A stretch of 64,000 bases of DNA from the human T2T-CHM13v2.0 reference genome, Homo sapiens: NCBI RefSeq assembly GCF_009914755.1, contig NC_060947.1; one strand, given 5' to 3'. Position numbers and translations under genes: made by a program. This document shows, in pieces, positions 63,100 to 64,000 of this stretch (the stretch's first letter is position 1; every line of letters begins with the position of its first letter). The notes below the pieces were generated by a model that was not told the origin of the DNA, made no database searches, and saw only the letters and a list, made by a program, of their open reading frames with translations.

Positions 63100-64000
63100 G
63101 TCAGTCAGGGGGACGCCCTCGTTGTTGTCGGGCCCGGGGGATGTTTGGGCTCCCTTTTTCAGGGTCCACCTCTTCTCTCTCCCTGGTTACCTATAGCCAC
63201 GGGACGAACATCCGGTCTTCTTCCCTCCCGGGGGTGACGACAGTGGGAGCAGGTGGGGGGGGGTGGGACCGCGATGGATGGGGTGGGAAGGGACGACGGT
63301 TGGGGTTTGGCGGCGCGCGGCGGGGAAGCCGGGAGGGAGGGCAGGGGGCGCACGCGGTTCTAAGGGAGAAGGGGTGCGAGGCGGGGGTGCGCCAGGTGTG
63401 ACAGCCACGTGCGGCCAGCACCGCGGGGATCCGGGCGCCAGGCGTTCCTTCTCCCAGTCACCGCCGTCACCGTGCTCCCGGCGCTGAGCGCCGCCGTCCG
63501 GGGGCTCGCTGGGGTCGTGGGCTCGCCCTCCTGGCGTCGGGCAGGTGCGCAGGGCGCGCTGCGGGGTGCCCCCGGGCTGCTCAGGCTAGGCTGTTGCGCA
63601 GTAAGATAACCGCGCGGGAGCCGGGGTGTGCTTGGCCCCCCTTCCCCCGCCCCCCTGCGCTCCCCGCCACTGCGCGGGCGGGCAGGCGAGCGGGTGAGTG
63701 TCGCAGGGCCGGTGCGAGCGGGACGCTCGGCCCCCGGGACCTAGACCCCGGGGCTCCGAGGGCTTGGCTGCACGTGGGGCCGGGGATGGATGGGGAGGCG
63801 ATGCTGGAGGACCTCGGTCCTGCAGAGTTGGGATATCGCATGATAGCTGGTCCTCCCAGTCCTATTTACCACCCTCCTCTTTTTTCCCCTTTTTTTTCTT
63901 TCATTTATTATTTTTTTAATTTGATGAGTGGAAACTTGAATGCCTTCCCGACCCTGGCCTTGGGTCTTTCTTAATCTGGGAAACAGGCCGGACTGTTCCC

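Larger units (their letters stand above)
62260..63850. promoter_or_regulatory. TXLNG: CpG island / TXLNG promoter and 5' end of intron 1
   Basis: Abrupt change to GC-rich, CpG-dense, repeat-free sequence around the ATG; boundaries judged by eye. Confidence 0.9.

Noticed and set aside
62647-63237. 196-aa ORF and other overlapping ORFs in the CpG island
   Set aside because: GC-rich DNA is stop-poor; only 62998-63099 is a recognisable exon with a donor site.

Overview
Primate (almost certainly human) genomic DNA, recognised as the SYAP1-TXLNG interval of Xp22. The + strand carries SYAP1 coding exons 2-9 (11709-36843). They splice in one open frame with GT-AG introns and give 884 coding nt including the BSD domain. 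Exon 1 lies upstream of the window. An Alu-containing 3' UTR probably runs to about 41.8 kb. A CpG-island promoter and exon 1 of TXLNG (ATG 62998) sit at the right end. The rest is repeat-dense: roughly 90 Alu elements or fragments by manual count, a deleted non-coding ERV1 provirus with PABL-type LTRs, several solo LTRs, a U7 snRNA retrocopy, DNA transposons and old LINE/MIR fragments. Nearly all ORFs in the supplied track are Alu artefacts. I found no evidence of a new protein-coding or prokaryotic-type system. The best leads are a 174-bp gene-conversion-like tract between two inverted Alus with intact TSDs, poly(A) sites that would switch inverted Alus in or out of the SYAP1 3' UTR, template-switch scars at inverted-Alu junctions, a nested LTR8A>U7>Alu insertion, and a compact octamer/AP-1 enhancer candidate. 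Gene and repeat-family names come from my recall of known sequences, not from database searches.
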